Shown piece by piece: positions 1-10,825 of a DNA stretch of 64,000 nucleotides. Below the pieces are notes generated by a model. It saw only the letters and a list, made by a program, of their open reading frames with translations. It was not told the DNA's origin and ran no database searches. This stretch comes from Eledone cirrhosa. Taxonomy: Eukaryota. How positions within the stretch are numbered: position 1 is the first letter of the stretch; each line of letters starts with the position of its first letter. The translations under genes and the position numbers were made by a program. The stretch covers positions 18,290,001-18,354,000 of the forward strand of contig OZ024742.1 of assembly GCA_964016885.1 (NCBI GenBank). The letters run 5' to 3'.

Positions 1-2110
1 CATGTCCATAATGTAACCTCCTCTCCTGCGCACAGCATTTGATTCCTCTTATGCTCAGTCTCTCTCTCACTTTGTTCACGTGTATTACTATTACACATCC
101 ATCGGAGCATGCAAGCTTTGTTTCTTTCTAATCTGCGCAAGTCTTCTACAGACAGCGCCCAGGTCTCACTACCATGTAACATTGCTGTTCGTATACACAC
201 ATCATACAGTCTGTCTTTCATTTTGAGGGAAAAATCTTTTGCAGCTAGTAGTGGCAGTAGCTCCCTGAACTTTTTCCATCCCGTTCTTACCCTAGTTATT
301 GTACTTTCCGAACACCCACCTCCGCTGCTAATTCGGTCAACTAGGTAGCAGAAGCTGTCCACTGTTTCTACAGAGCCCTCCCAGAGTTTGGTGGTGCTTG
401 TTTCCTGTGGCTGTTTGCTGCTTGCTGTCCCAGCACAGCTGCTACATATGAAGCCTACATTCTTAGTTAAGCTTCCTGAGATCCCACTACATCTCTTGTG
501 TACCCATTGTTTGCATTTGGGGCAGAGGATGGAGTTCCTACCTACACCTTTCCTACATACTGAGCAAGGCCATTTCCCTGAGGGGCTCTGGGTTCTGTTT
601 TCTCGTCTACCTTAGTCTTTGTCAGGTTGACTTTGAGACCCTTTCTTTCTAGTTTCTGCTTCCATGTTTGGAATTTCTTCTCTAGTTCCACCATAGATTC
701 AGCTATAAGTGTGAAATCATCTGCATATAGGAGTTCCCATGGGCATCCAGTCTTAAACTCCTCCGTTATTGCCTGCAAAACTATAATGAACAGGAGAGGG
801 CTAAGATCAGAGCCCTGTGGACACCGATCTGTATGCTAAATTCCTTGCTATAGTCATTGCTAACCCTAACTTTGCTGACTGCTCCTCTATACATGGCTTG
901 TACAGCTTTCACAAGCCATTCATCTACTCCTAATTTTCTAAGAACCCACCAGATTATAGCACGGGGGACTCAGTCGAAGGCTTTTTCCAGATCGACGAAT
1001 GCCAGGTAGAGTGGCTTACTTTTAGCTAGGTACTTTTCTTGTAACTGCCTCACAAGGAAGAGGGCATCAGTGGTGCCTTTTCCTGGTACAAACCCAAATT
1101 GCATCTCATCTAGTTTCACCCGGTCCCTAATCAACTGTGTTAACTCTTTCCGTTACTTTCATGACCTGGTCCATCAGCTTTATACCTCTATAGTTTCCTC
1201 TATCTAGTGCATCACCTTTACCTTTGTAACAGTTGACAATGATGCTGCTGCACCAATCTTTTGGTATGATACCCTCTAGTATTACCTGGTTAACAATTTG
1301 TGTGGTTATGGTGTGACCTACCGACCCAGATGCCTTCAGCATCTCGGCAGCTATACCCGATGGACTGGTTGCCTTCCCTGTCTTCATATCTTTGATTGCC
1401 TTACTTACTACGCTGCTGCTGACTTGTACTGCTGGCCCCTCTATAGGGTCCGCTTGGGGTAGGGTCTCTTTTTTCCATGCATTCTCCCCATTTAGTAATC
1501 TTTCATAATGGCTCTTCCACACAGCTTTCTTCTCGGTACTTGTGAGGGCAAGCTCACCATTATCATTCCGGATACACTTCTCTCCAATGATATCACAATT
1601 CTCTCTGACACACTGCCTTGCAATCTTGAACACCTCCTGTTTCTGGTCCTCCCATTGCAAAACATGCTTGAATTTTCTATTTTCTGCTTCTCTTCTAGCT
1701 AAGTATACTTGTCGCCTAGCTTCCCTCCTGGTCTCTATGTAATGTACCCTGCTTCACCCGTTCTTCCATTCTTTTCATGCCTGTCTCTAATCTTTAACTG
1801 CCTCATCTACCTTATTGTTCCACCACAAAGTCACTCTCCTCCTCCCTGTGGACTTGCTCCAACCACAGATCTCGTCCGTCGCTTTTAGTAAGTTATTTTT
1901 TAGGAACTCCCAGTGCTCTTCTACATTGAATGTCTCTATCTGTTCTTCTTTACTGTCATAGGCGTTGAGTAGAATATCTTTAAATCTGTTACAGGCTGAG
2001 GGGTTTTTCAGCTTCCAGATCTTTCTTCTCCAGGTTGCCTTCTGTTTCCAATTTTGTCTAGTTTTGAGAGTGATGTCGCTGACAACTAAGTTATGTTGGG
2101 AGGTACAACC
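1..2110 (-). mobile_element. Decayed RTE-clade LINE (non-LTR retrotransposon) in an NGLY1 intron; frameshifted endonuclease tail and reverse transcriptase
   Basis: Collinear minus-strand ORF fragments: 1787-2116 (TSQHNLVV, end of APE domain), 1127-1660 (KGKGDALDRGNYRGIKL), 542-778 (GCPWELLYADD, RT catalytic motif) and the RTE C-terminal AMLHGSETW motif near 160-200. Broken by stops and frameshifts; runs off the window start. Confidence 0.9.
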
Positions 2111-2145
2111 GTCCATCTATCACGCCCTCTGATGAGGATAAAATC

Positions 2146-2450
2146 TATCATCATTGTTGCCATTTTACATCTGCTTTTCCATGCTTGTATTGCTGGGACG
2201 ATCCTTTGGTTCTTTTCCAGCACAGCACTCCTCCATTTGTCACAGCCTTTCGTTATCTCAACTATGAGATCCTGTGATTTGCGATCAGCTCTGGCAACCT
2301 TTCTTCAGATCTTCCTTGGTTTCCCTCTACTCTAACTCCCTTCCACTGGGATTTCTTGGCACTTCTTCACTCAATGATCATCATATGTATCACATGACCA
2401 TACCTGCGCAGTCTTCTTTCTTGCAAACTACATTTGATTCCTCTTGTATC
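2146..2450 (-). mobile_element. 3' end fragment of an RTE-type LINE with (GAT)n tail
   Basis: The reverse complement carries a degenerate RPRKIW-type C-terminal segment, then CAAGCATGGAAAAGCAGATG and GATGATGAT. The same tail recurs at ~5190-5245, 10255-10310, 14305-14360 and 16136-16200. Confidence 0.7.
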
Positions 2451-2712
2451 TAGCTTTTCTCGCAGCCCATGTACTTTTCCCCATCAACATCTTGGTTATC
2501 ATAGACACACTGCTTACTGATGCAGAACACCTCACGTTTCCAATCTTCACATTGCCAAGACGGTGGCAAACTTCCTGCTTTCAGTTTCTTTGCAAGCTAT
2601 TTATACCTGTTGGAATACATACCTTGCAAAGTAGGACTTAGAATATATACGCCATCTTACATAAATATATTCAGTTTATACAAGCAATTTTTTTTCCTTT
2701 TTTTTTTTACAG

Positions 2713-2925
2713 GATGATGAGTTTCTTACATTACCTGAAACAAAGGCACTGTTTGATCTGATAAACATTCAGCAGCAAATCGAGAATATATTAAAGACTG
2801 ATGTAAAATTGAACATGAATTCTGAGGGAAAGTCTGTGTTGGCAGATAATGAGAGAAAAGCTCCAAGTTCATTGAAAAGTCCAACAGAACCAAAACATTT
2901 AGTATCAAATCCTTCTCAACAAAAG
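2713..2925 (+). CDS. NGLY1: NGLY1 internal coding exon (end of PUB domain and linker)
   Basis: Polypyrimidine tract plus AG at 2711-2712 and GT at 2926. 213 bp open frame DDEFLTLPETKALFDL...SNPSQQK, phase 0/0, splices in frame to the 3602 exon. Upstream exons lie outside the window. Confidence 0.75.
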
Positions 2926-2966
2926 GTACATATATTATTATTAAAATTATTATTTTTATTATTATT

Positions 2967-3178
2967 GGATTGGCAATATCGGTAGAGGGTTGGATGCCAT
3001 GATTTGCACAGTTACGTCTCTTTACGGACTGAGTTCAAATCCCGCTGATGTTAACTTTGCCTTTCATCCTTACGGGGTCGATAAAATAAAGTACCAGTCA
3101 CGCACTGGGGTCGATTTAATTGACTTTCCCCTGCCTCAAAATTGATGGCCTTGTGCCTATATAAGAAACCATTATTAA
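2967..3178 (+). mobile_element. tRNA-derived SINE (family A)
   Basis: Pol III A-box-like TGGCAATATCGG and B-box GAGTTCAAATCC, a central CCTTTCATCCT..GGGTCGATAAAATAAAGTACCAG segment and an (ATT)n tail. About ten related copies occur in the window. Confidence 0.85.
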
Positions 3179-3424
3179 CAGTAATTAACTGGATTATGTT
3201 GTTTAACCCCAGACTATGTGTTGTCTGATCATTATTGAATTAATTACAAGGACTTAATTGAATAGTAAATCATCACTTAAACTATCAACATTGGTGTTTC
3301 CACAAATATCACTACTACCATATCACCACAAATATTTTCACCACCACCACAAACATTGTCATCTTCACCACCATCTCACTACAAACATTGTCACAACCAC
3401 TGTCACCACACTACAAACATTGTC

Positions 3425-3545
3425 ACTTACATTGCACATCCAACAAAGCATTGCTGTTTCATTTCTCTCCAGTCTACACATGTCCTCTGCAGTCACTGAC
3501 CATGTTTCACTATGATACAGCATTGCACTTCTCACATAAGCAATA
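3425..3545 (-). mobile_element. Small RTE LINE fragment
   Basis: Translates to VRSAMLYHSETWSVTAEDMCRLERNETAMLCWMCNVS, homologous to the C-terminal part of the element at 1-2110. Confidence 0.75.
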
Positions 3546-3601
3546 TATTTCATTATAAATATAGTAACAAAAGGGTTGAATTTATTAATTTCTATTTTCA
3601 G

Positions 3602-4775
3602 AATGAGGTACATTTTTATTCCAAACTGTTAACGTACTTGAAGAAAGTTCAACAATATGAAGAATTGAGCCTCCAAAACAAGGCACGCCAAATAATCCCA
3701 GTGGCAGAACTAAAAGAAGAGGCTAAAATAAAGTTTGAGTCTGTTTCTGATGCTGAAAGTTCTGATGCAGTTAGTTTTGAAGACTGCCTACTTCTTTGCC
3801 TCTTGGATTGGTTCAAGAATAAATTCTTTAAATGGGTTGATAAGCCAGTGTGTAACGTCTGTAGCTGTACCAATGTCATGTCTGTTGGCACTGATGATCC
3901 TAATTATGAAGAAAGCTGTTGGGAATCCGGAATTGTTGAATTATATTCATGTTCTTTATGTGGTACAGTTGCCCGTTTTCCTCGTTATAATGATTGTGAA
4001 AAATTGCTTGAAACCAGACAAGGGAGATGTGGAGAATGGGCAAATTGCTTTACACTGTGTTGTAGATCGATGGGATTTGAAGCACGTTTTGTAGTTAGCT
4101 GGGCAGATCATGTATGGACTGAAGTTTTTTCTGAATGTCAACAACGTTGGCTCCATTGCGATCCTTGTGAGAACATCTGTGATAAACCTCTATTGTATGA
4201 GGCAGGCTGGGGAGCTGAGATCATCTATATTATTGGCTTCTCAAGAGACGATATCCAGGATGTAACTTGGCGTTATTCTAACCAACATGAGAAAGTTAGG
4301 CAGAAGAGAACAACAGTGAGTGAGAAATGGCTGCTACTGACTTTGGAAAAACTACAAACGAAACTAAAACTTAATTTATCACAGGAAAGAAAAGATTTAA
4401 TATCATTCAGATATATGAAAGAACTTACTGAATTCCTGTCTGTTAAAACACCAAAATCTGGAGAATTCCAGGGCAGAACAACTGGTTCTTTGGCTTGGCG
4501 TTTACAGCGAGGGGAAACCACGAAGCATACACCTTATATTTTTAAACCTGATGCAGAAGAACAGAAATCTAAATGTTTGCATGTGAAATATTCCTGTGCC
4601 AAAGATATGTATTGTCGAAAATATTCTAGTAAATCAGAAATTCCAGCTTGGCAGTCACTAGTATTCTCTTATAAATATATATTTCGCAAAGAAGAACGTG
4701 ACTGGAAAATGGTGTATCTATCTCGAGATGAAGGTTGTGAATTTGGGGAAATTATTTGGAAATTTGATGTTTCTG
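3602..4775 (+). CDS. NGLY1: NGLY1 large exon: transglutaminase-like PNGase catalytic core plus start of PAW domain
   Basis: Motifs LLDWFK..FFKWV, two Zn-binding CxxC (CNVC, CSLC), RFPRYN, TRQGRCGEWANCF (catalytic Cys, codon 4028-4030), DHVWTEV (His), WLHCDPCE (Asp), DVTWRY, GRTTGSLAWR and FRKEERDWKMVYL. AG at 3600-3601, GT at 4776. The 5' and 3' ends of ORF 3512-4825 are intron read-through. Confidence 0.97.
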
Positions 4776-4984
4776 GTAAGTTAGTATTTCATCATCATCA
4801 TCACCGTTTAACGTCCATTTTTTAATATTTATTTCATTTCATCTAATGAATGGTTCTATCATCATCATCACCAATTATACTATCTATGAATTTCATACAT
4901 ACATTAACAGAAAGTTTGCCAAAGAGTTGGTAATTGTGTCAAGGACATGAGTCTCCCTAGTGTTGGTAATCTACATGATAAACA

Positions 4985-5246
4985 CATCCATACATGCATG
5001 TGGTGATAGGAAGGGCATCCAGCCATAGAAAGCTTGTCAAACAAAGGGCTGGGAGGACCCCTCAGTTGTGTCAAGGACATGATGGCTTTCTCTGTGCACT
5101 CAGTAGAAAGTGAGACTATACATAAGCGAGTCACAGATCCTGGCCTGTCCAGATCAGTAGCCCCACGTTAGTACTGTCTTGGTCTTTGTAGACCCATCCA
5201 ACCCTTGCTAACAGGGAAAGTGGACGTTAAAACAATGATGATGATT
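4985..5246 (+). mobile_element. Degenerate SINE ending in the RTE-type tail
   Basis: GGTGATAGGAAGGGCATCCAGCC segment (also near 9895 and 13530), followed by CCAACCCTTGCTAACAGGGAAAGTGGACGTTAAAACAATGATGATG. Confidence 0.6.
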
Positions 5247-5324
5247 AATAATTCTTCATCATCATCACTATTTAACGTACATTTGGTTTCCATGGCATTA
5301 AGTGACTGGAAGTACAAATATTAC

Positions 5325-5510
5325 CCCTGAACAAAGCACCACTCCATTTCAGGGTTAACCCCCAGCAACTGCTGGCACACATTTACAACAGAATGAACTA
5401 AAGCAACTTGAAATGAAGTAATGTGCCTCCTGGTATCCAAGAATCAAACCTACAAAATTACGACACCCACAACATCCAACACTTTAACCACTAGGCCATG
5501 TTCCTTCACA
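5325..5510 (-). mobile_element. tRNA-derived SINE (family B)
   Basis: The reverse complement begins TGTGAAGGAACATGGCCTAGTGGTTAAAGTG (A box) with a GGTTTGATTC B-box-like motif. A related copy lies at ~14990-15122. Confidence 0.6.
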
Positions 5511-5544
5511 AAGGATAACCCCTGATTTAACAGGAACAAAGGTC

Positions 5545-6170
5545 CTTAAAAGGCCTGCAGGTGCTTTCTATTTTAGACAGAATATCAGTTGCTCTCTCCG
5601 ACAGGTTTGCAGTTGAGCCCATAGCAGTGGAGATGTCTGGTGTCCTTGGCCCACCATCGGAACCCCACGGCAGGGAGACTTCTGGTGTCCTTGGCTCTAA
5701 GACCACCATCAGCACCCCATGGCAGGGAGACTTCTGGTGTCTTTGGCCCTAGGACCACCTCCCTACTCACCACCATCGACATGGAGTTGGCTACCCGCTG
5801 GTGTGAGCCTCGTGAGCTGGAATGGCTCTTCCGTGTCTCCCTCACCATCCTCCAGGGGAAATACCCTTATTATTCTGTCTGCCGGGAATGCTGGCGTGTT
5901 GACCCCCATTTGCTTATAATAGTGAGATATGGGGAGAGCGATAGAGATGGAGGCAGTGAGAGTGGGAGTTTCGTTCCTTTGTGTTTGCACCTGTTGTATA
6001 TGACAGATGGGGAGGGCGAGAGAGACAGGGGCAGTGACAGTTTGGCTCCTTTGTGTTTGGACCTGATGTATATGAGAGATGGGGAGAGAATGGGAGAGAC
6101 AGAGGCAGTGACAGTGGGTGTTTGGTTCCTTTGTGTTCAGACCTGGTGTATATATGTATATGTTTCACAG
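5545..6170 (+). mobile_element. 3' fragment of an RLE-type (CRE-like) non-LTR retrotransposon
   Basis: SDRFAVEPIAVEMSGVLGP...EPRELEWLFRVSLTILQG, near-identical to 22120-22370. Has an internal 51-bp duplication (5663-5750) and ~3 tandem copies of the purine-rich 3' UTR. Confidence 0.75.
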
Positions 6171-6249
6171 ACATACACTCACGTTTAATTCTCTCTTTTC
6201 ACACGTACTTCTTTAATATGTAAAATTTATAAACTTCTTTATGCTTTAG

Positions 6250-6363
6250 ATTGTGGACTAAGCATTGACAAGCTTGAAGTGTTGGTTTCCAGTGAGACGT
6301 TTGAGAATGGTGAGGTATTGTGGCAGGTAAAAAATGATCAGAATAAGAGTTGGCCAATTAAAG
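6250..6363 (+). CDS. NGLY1: NGLY1 PAW-domain exon
   Basis: AG at 6248-6249, GT at 6364; 114 bp, phase 1/1. (D)CGLSIDKLEVLVSSETFENGEVLWQV matches the vertebrate [23 protein letters not shown] segment. Confidence 0.9.
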
Positions 6364-6571
6364 GTATGTTGTTTTGAAAATATGAATTGTGAACCCTTTT
6401 TATACCAACCTATCCCAAATCATAACTGGTTCTATGAAATAAAACCTCCCATTTTAAAGGGAAATCTTCCAACATAATTTGGTACAACGTTTTGTTAAGT
6501 TATGTTACAAATACCATCAATATATATATATATATATATATATCCTAAACGTAAATTGTTTTTTTTAACAG

Positions 6572-6738
6572 ACGGTCAGTTACACATCATTGATGATATG
6601 GAAGGAAGCAAGACTCTACATTTATCAGCACAGCTCCAAGGTGGAAAAGGTCAAAATGGATGGCAGCATGCACAGTTGTTTCGGCAAAGTAACACAGCTA
6701 CAGATCATCCTTTGCAGATAATTTTACACCTTCAGTAA
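6572..6738 (+). CDS. NGLY1: NGLY1 terminal coding exon
   Basis: AG at 6570-6571; LSAQLQGGKGQNGWQHAQLFRQS is the conserved PAW C-terminal WQHxQLFRQ motif; TAA at 6736-6738. Confidence 0.95.
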
Positions 6739-6900
6739 ATTACAAAGAAATCAGTTTGTCACAACACTGATATATATTTCTCTGATTGTGTACCTATGAA
6801 CATACATATTTTATTTGAAAGTAAAAAACAGAAACAGAAAGAAAAAAAAAACAAGCAAAAAACCTCTCAGCTGTTTGGTGAAGAAAGAAACATTTTAAGC

Positions 6901-6906
6901 AATAAA
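6901..6906 (+). terminator. Candidate NGLY1 polyadenylation signal
   Basis: First AATAAA after the stop codon (~160 nt downstream), followed by a T-rich tract. Confidence 0.5.
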
Positions 6907-6946
6907 ACTTTTTATTTAAGGAACTTGAATACTATTATAACTTTAG

Positions 6947-7105
6947 AAGTGGTGATTTGGCAGAGGTTTTAGAATGTCAGATAGAATGCTCTGTGGTATA
7001 TATTCCAGCTATCTGTGTACTGAGTTCAAAACCAGCTGAAGTTAACTTTATCTTTCATCCTTTCGTAATCAATAAAAAAGTACCAATCCAGTATTGAAAT
7101 CGATT
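6947..7105 (+). mobile_element. tRNA-derived SINE (family A), diverged
   Basis: TGAGTTCAAAA..GTTAACTTTATCTTTCATCCTTT..AATAAAAAAGTACCA, homologous to 2967-3178. Confidence 0.7.
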
Positions 7106-7297
7106 CTCTCACCATATCTCTTCCTCACTTCCTTTCTATCATACACATTCTCTCTCTTTTTCTTCTCTGGAAGAAATCGGCTGTGTTCAGACCTGGGGCT
7201 GGGCTGGGCTTGGCCAGGTTTTAAAATGCTCAAGATACACCTTATGTCATTACAGTACTCCTATGACTCCATCAGAAGACATGTTATTATTTTAGTT

Positions 7298-7565
7298 TAA
7301 TAATAATAAGAATGAAAATTGTGTACAGTGCTCAGGTGCACTACAACTCATCAAAGGTGCATGTATAGTACATAGAATAATGTACAAATGTCAGGAAAGT
7401 GTATGAGTTATGATAGACACACACATGCGTGCGTGTGTATGGAGGGTGTAGCGTTGGTGAATTTTGGGAAGCATGGAAGTTTTGAAGGATGCAGTGTTCC
7501 AACAGCTAATAGCTGATGCAGGTAGTTTGTTCCATGCTTCAGCAACTCTGAGCATGAAAAAATGG
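7298..7565 (-). mobile_element. 3' end of a CR1/L2-group LINE
   Basis: The minus strand reads HFFMLRVAEAWNKLPASAISCWNTASFK, the typical FFxxRVxxxWNxLP C-terminus, followed by a 3' UTR and a (TTA)n tail. Confidence 0.75.
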
Positions 7566-8339
7566 AATCTTAAATTGAAATAAACTGATATTAAATTGGT
7601 TATAAATGATTTTTAAAATAGATGCAAAACAATGGTGAATTGTGACATTCTTATATTTTCTAAACAGCATAAAGTTATTCTGGCTTGGAATTAAAACTGA
7701 TAGAAATATTTCATCAGAAATTTAGCTACTACATGTAAATTTACAAATCGAACTTGTTTCTATAATTATATTTTTTGTGGACTGTTAACTATATAATAAA
7801 ACTTTTAAAAAATCATTTGTCCAGATGTTCCCTGCTTTTGGAAACTGTTCATTTCCATTGAAGACAACTTGTATGAACCTCAACCATCATTGTCAGTCCT
7901 ATGGCCTCGAATTGTTATCTTTTTATATTTTCATTCAAATATTCTTGTATTTCTAAAATGTGATAGTGATGAATGATATGGTTGGGTCATGTGTTGGGGA
8001 AGGATGAAACTGACTGAGTGAGAGGAATAGAGCTAGTGATGAATGAGGTGACTGGTCAGTGCTGGACTTAGGCTAAATAAGCTATAGCTTAGGGTCACGC
8101 ACCTTCAAAGGACTTCATTTTTTAAAATATATTTTTTTTTATCATTCATTTTTATTTTTTAACACTAAATCATCAAAAATTATATCATCATCATCATCAT
8201 ATATATGTATATGAGTCCTGGGTTCAATCGGGAGTAACCACAGTAAGTAAGGTACTCAATATATTAGTAGAGTGTAAACATCAAGTTTAATATAGAAATA
8301 GCCTCTACAGGATACTTAGAATAAATGAACCCTTAAATG

Positions 8340-8528
8340 TGTGGGCATTAGTGTGTATGTGTACATGAGTGTGTGTGTGTATGTGTACATGAGTGTGTAT
8401 GTGTACATGAGTGTATGTATACGTGAGTGTGTATGTATACATGAGTGTGTACATGTGTGTGTATGTGTACATGAGTGTGTGTGTGTATGTGTACATGTGT
8501 GTGTATGTGTACATGAGTGTGAATGTGA
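8340..8528. repeat. Compound (TG)-rich microsatellite
   Basis: TG runs punctuated by recurring GTACATGA. Source of the spurious HT/CV/YT-rich ORFs. Confidence 0.95.
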
Positions 8529-8664
8529 ACCTTGTCTTTTATCTGTCATTGTATCATTGTGTATATTTCTAAAAATAGTTTTTTCAAAGAATCCCTGTTC
8601 TTTAAAATCCCTTGGCCAATGACCTCTAACCACCCCCAAAAATCATCACCTTCCCCCCAACCAC

Positions 8665-9170
8665 CAACTCAGAATATAAAGGGTTGTAACTCTATGCTGC
8701 TAAGCATGTTGACCGACACTCTACCGATTTTACCAATCCACCTAATAATAATTGTTTCTACTTTTGGCACAAGGCCAGCAATTACCCAGTGCATTACTGG
8801 TACTTTATTTTATCGACCCTGTAAGGATGAAAGGCAAAGTCAACCTCGGTGGGATTTGAATTCAGATCGTAAAGGGACGTAACTATGCTGGAAAGCATGG
8901 CGCCCGACCCTCTACCGATACTGCCAATCCACCGCCCTTGAATGGCCTAATAATAATAATAATTGTTTCTACTTTTGGCACAAGGCCAGCAATTATCCCA
9001 GTGTATTACTGGTACTTTATTTTATTGACCCCTTAAGGATGAAAGGCAAAGTTAACCTCGGCGGCATTTTAACTCAGATCATAAAGGGCCGTAACTCTAT
9101 GCTGCAAAGCATGGCGTCCGACCCTCTACCGATACTGCCAATCCACTGCCCTCACCGATAATAATAATGA
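8665..9170 (-). mobile_element. Tandem/partially duplicated family A SINEs just 3' of the ADAL stop
   Basis: Two near-complete reverse-complement copies (~8743-8940 and ~8948-9152) plus a partial head at 8665-8742. Confidence 0.85.
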
Positions 9171-9172
9171 TT

Positions 9173-9358
9173 CTAAATTGATTTTCTTATTTCTTTCCAT
9201 TTCAATTTAAGCTTATTTTTTGTATCTTCATTAGCAAAAATATAATTAATACAGTTGTGAGAAATTTCCCAGAGATTCTCTTTTGATAAAGAAAATGCCT
9301 CAGCTACCAAGTTATATTCTTTAGAAAGGTTTGTGTTGAATATTCCTGGACCATCAGT
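9173..9358 (-). CDS. ADAL: ADAL/MAPDA coding exon 8 (terminal)
   Basis: Acceptor tttcAG. TDGPGIFNTNLSKEYNLVAEAFSLS..INYIFA..K..L aligns to ADAL TDDKGVFATHLSQEYQLAAETFNL; TAG at 9173-9175. Confidence 0.93.
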   Translation of the reverse strand, partial: TDGPGIFNTNLSKEYNLVAEAFSLSKENLWEISHNCINYIFANEDTKNKLKLKWKEIRKSI

Positions 9359-9561
9359 CTGAAACATAAACCAGAAATATTTATTCAGATATACCAGAAA
9401 TTAGAAAATATAACAATAAAAAAGTACATATTTCCTAAATTACTTTATATTTCAGAGCCAAAGACTCAGTGACAATTAAAGAAATGACTCATGATAAAGT
9501 CAAGTAAACATATTTAAGACTATTCAACAGAATTCGTTATATAATCGGCTTGTCTCCCCAC

Positions 9562-9623
9562 AACCCCGGAGGACGGCAAAGGAGACATGCTGGAAAAGCT
9601 ACTCCAATTCGCGGGGCTCACAC
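9562..9623 (-). mobile_element. Tiny CRE-like retrotransposon fragment
   Basis: CCCCGGAGGACGGCAAAGGAGACATGCTGGAAAAGC..GGCTCACACC closely matches 19056-19114. Confidence 0.65.
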
Positions 9624-9809
9624 CTTTATATTTTGGAGTGACAATATTTAGTTTTCAGGTATTTTCTTCAAATTAACATAAAAAAGTAAAGCAATAAAAT
9701 AAAGATTTCCTTATGAAAATTGTTTTTTCTTTCTTTTTTTCCTTTAAAAATATTTTCTATTTAATATAAAGAGTCATGTACTCATACGTGATGATGGTAT
9801 AACATATGT

Positions 9810-10312
9810 GTGGAAGGAGGCTCTGTTGGAAAAGACCCACCTAACACATGCAAGCATGGAAAAGTAGACCCAGTCCATACTGTAAAGTGGTTGGTGATAG
9901 GAAGGGCATATGATCAGAAAAATTCTATCAAGAAAGCATGTCTAGTGCAACACAGAGTATTTAAAATAATTGTGTATACAGGGCTACCACTAACCATGTT
10001 AGTGGTGTGCTCAACAGAGAAGATGAAGAAATGTTATAAGTGGAAAGGACCCATCTAACCCATGCAAGCATGGAAAAGCAGATCCAGTAGTTGGTGCCAG
10101 AGGAACTCGACCAAGAAAACATGTCCAGCGCAACACAGAGTATTTAAAATAATTGTATATACAGGGCTACCACTAACCATGTTAGTGATGTGTGGGGTAG
10201 TGGGGTGCTTCAAAGAGGAGTTGAAGGAATGTTGTGTAGAAAGAGGACATGGTGGAAAAGACCTGTCAAACCCATGCAAACATGAAAAAGTAGAGGTAAA
10301 ATGAAGATGAAC
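9810..10312 (+). repeat. Local ~180-bp tandem duplication built from retroposon tails
   Basis: CAACACAGAGTATTTAAAATAATTGT.TATACAGGGCTACCACTAACCATGTTAGTG occurs at ~9948 and ~10131, interleaved with three CCATGCAAGCATGGAAAAG tails. Confidence 0.75.
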
Positions 10313-10330
10313 CATGACTGATTAACTTAC

Positions 10331-10431
10331 AGCAATAATAACTGGATGGTTTTGTTGATACCAGAAACCAAAGTGATGTTTGTCAGCACTTGCAACAGTG
10401 ACACTCTTTAGGTTAGATGTTACACAACATT
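10331..10431 (-). CDS. ADAL: ADAL/MAPDA coding exon 7
   Basis: (E)CCVTSNLKSVTVASADKHHFGFWYQQNHPVIIA versus human ELCLTSNVKSQTVPSYDQHHFGFWYSIAHPSVIC; AG/GT flanks; 101 bp, phase 1/0. Confidence 0.95.
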
Positions 10432-10466
10432 CTGAAGAAAAACAAAGAAAATAGTTTTAATTTATA

Positions 10467-10820
10467 TTAACTCTTAACGTCCTGTACCACATGAAGTCAC
10501 ATTAAATAACTCTTAACGTCCTGTTCCACATGAAGTGACATTAAATAACTCTTAACGTTCTGTTCCACATGAAGTGACATTAAATAACTCTTAACGTTCT
10601 GTTCCACATGAAGTGACATTAAATAACTCTTAACGTCCTGTTCCACATGAAGTGACATTAAATAACTCTTAACGTTCTGTTCCACATGAAGTCACATTAA
10701 ATAACTCTTAACGTCCTGTAACACATGAAGTCACATTAATTACCTCTTAACGTCCTGTACCACATGAAGTCACATTAATTAACCCTTAACATCCTGTACC
10801 ACATGGAGTCACATTAATTA
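10467..10820. repeat. Intronic 39-bp minisatellite (~9 copies)
   Basis: Unit TTAAATAACTCTTAACGTYCTGTWCCACATGAAGTSACA; one more degenerate copy at ~10935-10970. Confidence 0.95.
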
Positions 10821-10825
10821 ACTTA

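Noticed and set aside
2967-3060. tRNA genes at A/B-box motifs
   Set aside because: The boxes head dispersed SINE bodies with conserved cores and tails; no intact cloverleaf was seen.
3512-4825. Intronless or bacterial-type PNGase with a C-terminal His tag (HHHHH)
   Set aside because: The ORF ends are intron read-through; the His run is a (CAT)n retroposon tail after the GT donor at 4776.
8305-8639. His/Thr/Cys/Val-rich ORFs (also 12525-13139 and 22581-22903)
   Set aside because: Translations of TG/TA microsatellites.
10467-10820. Intronic 39-bp minisatellite as progenitor of the large 39-bp satellite
   Set aside because: Same period, but only about one third identity in my best manual alignment and no hairpin; the shared length looks coincidental.
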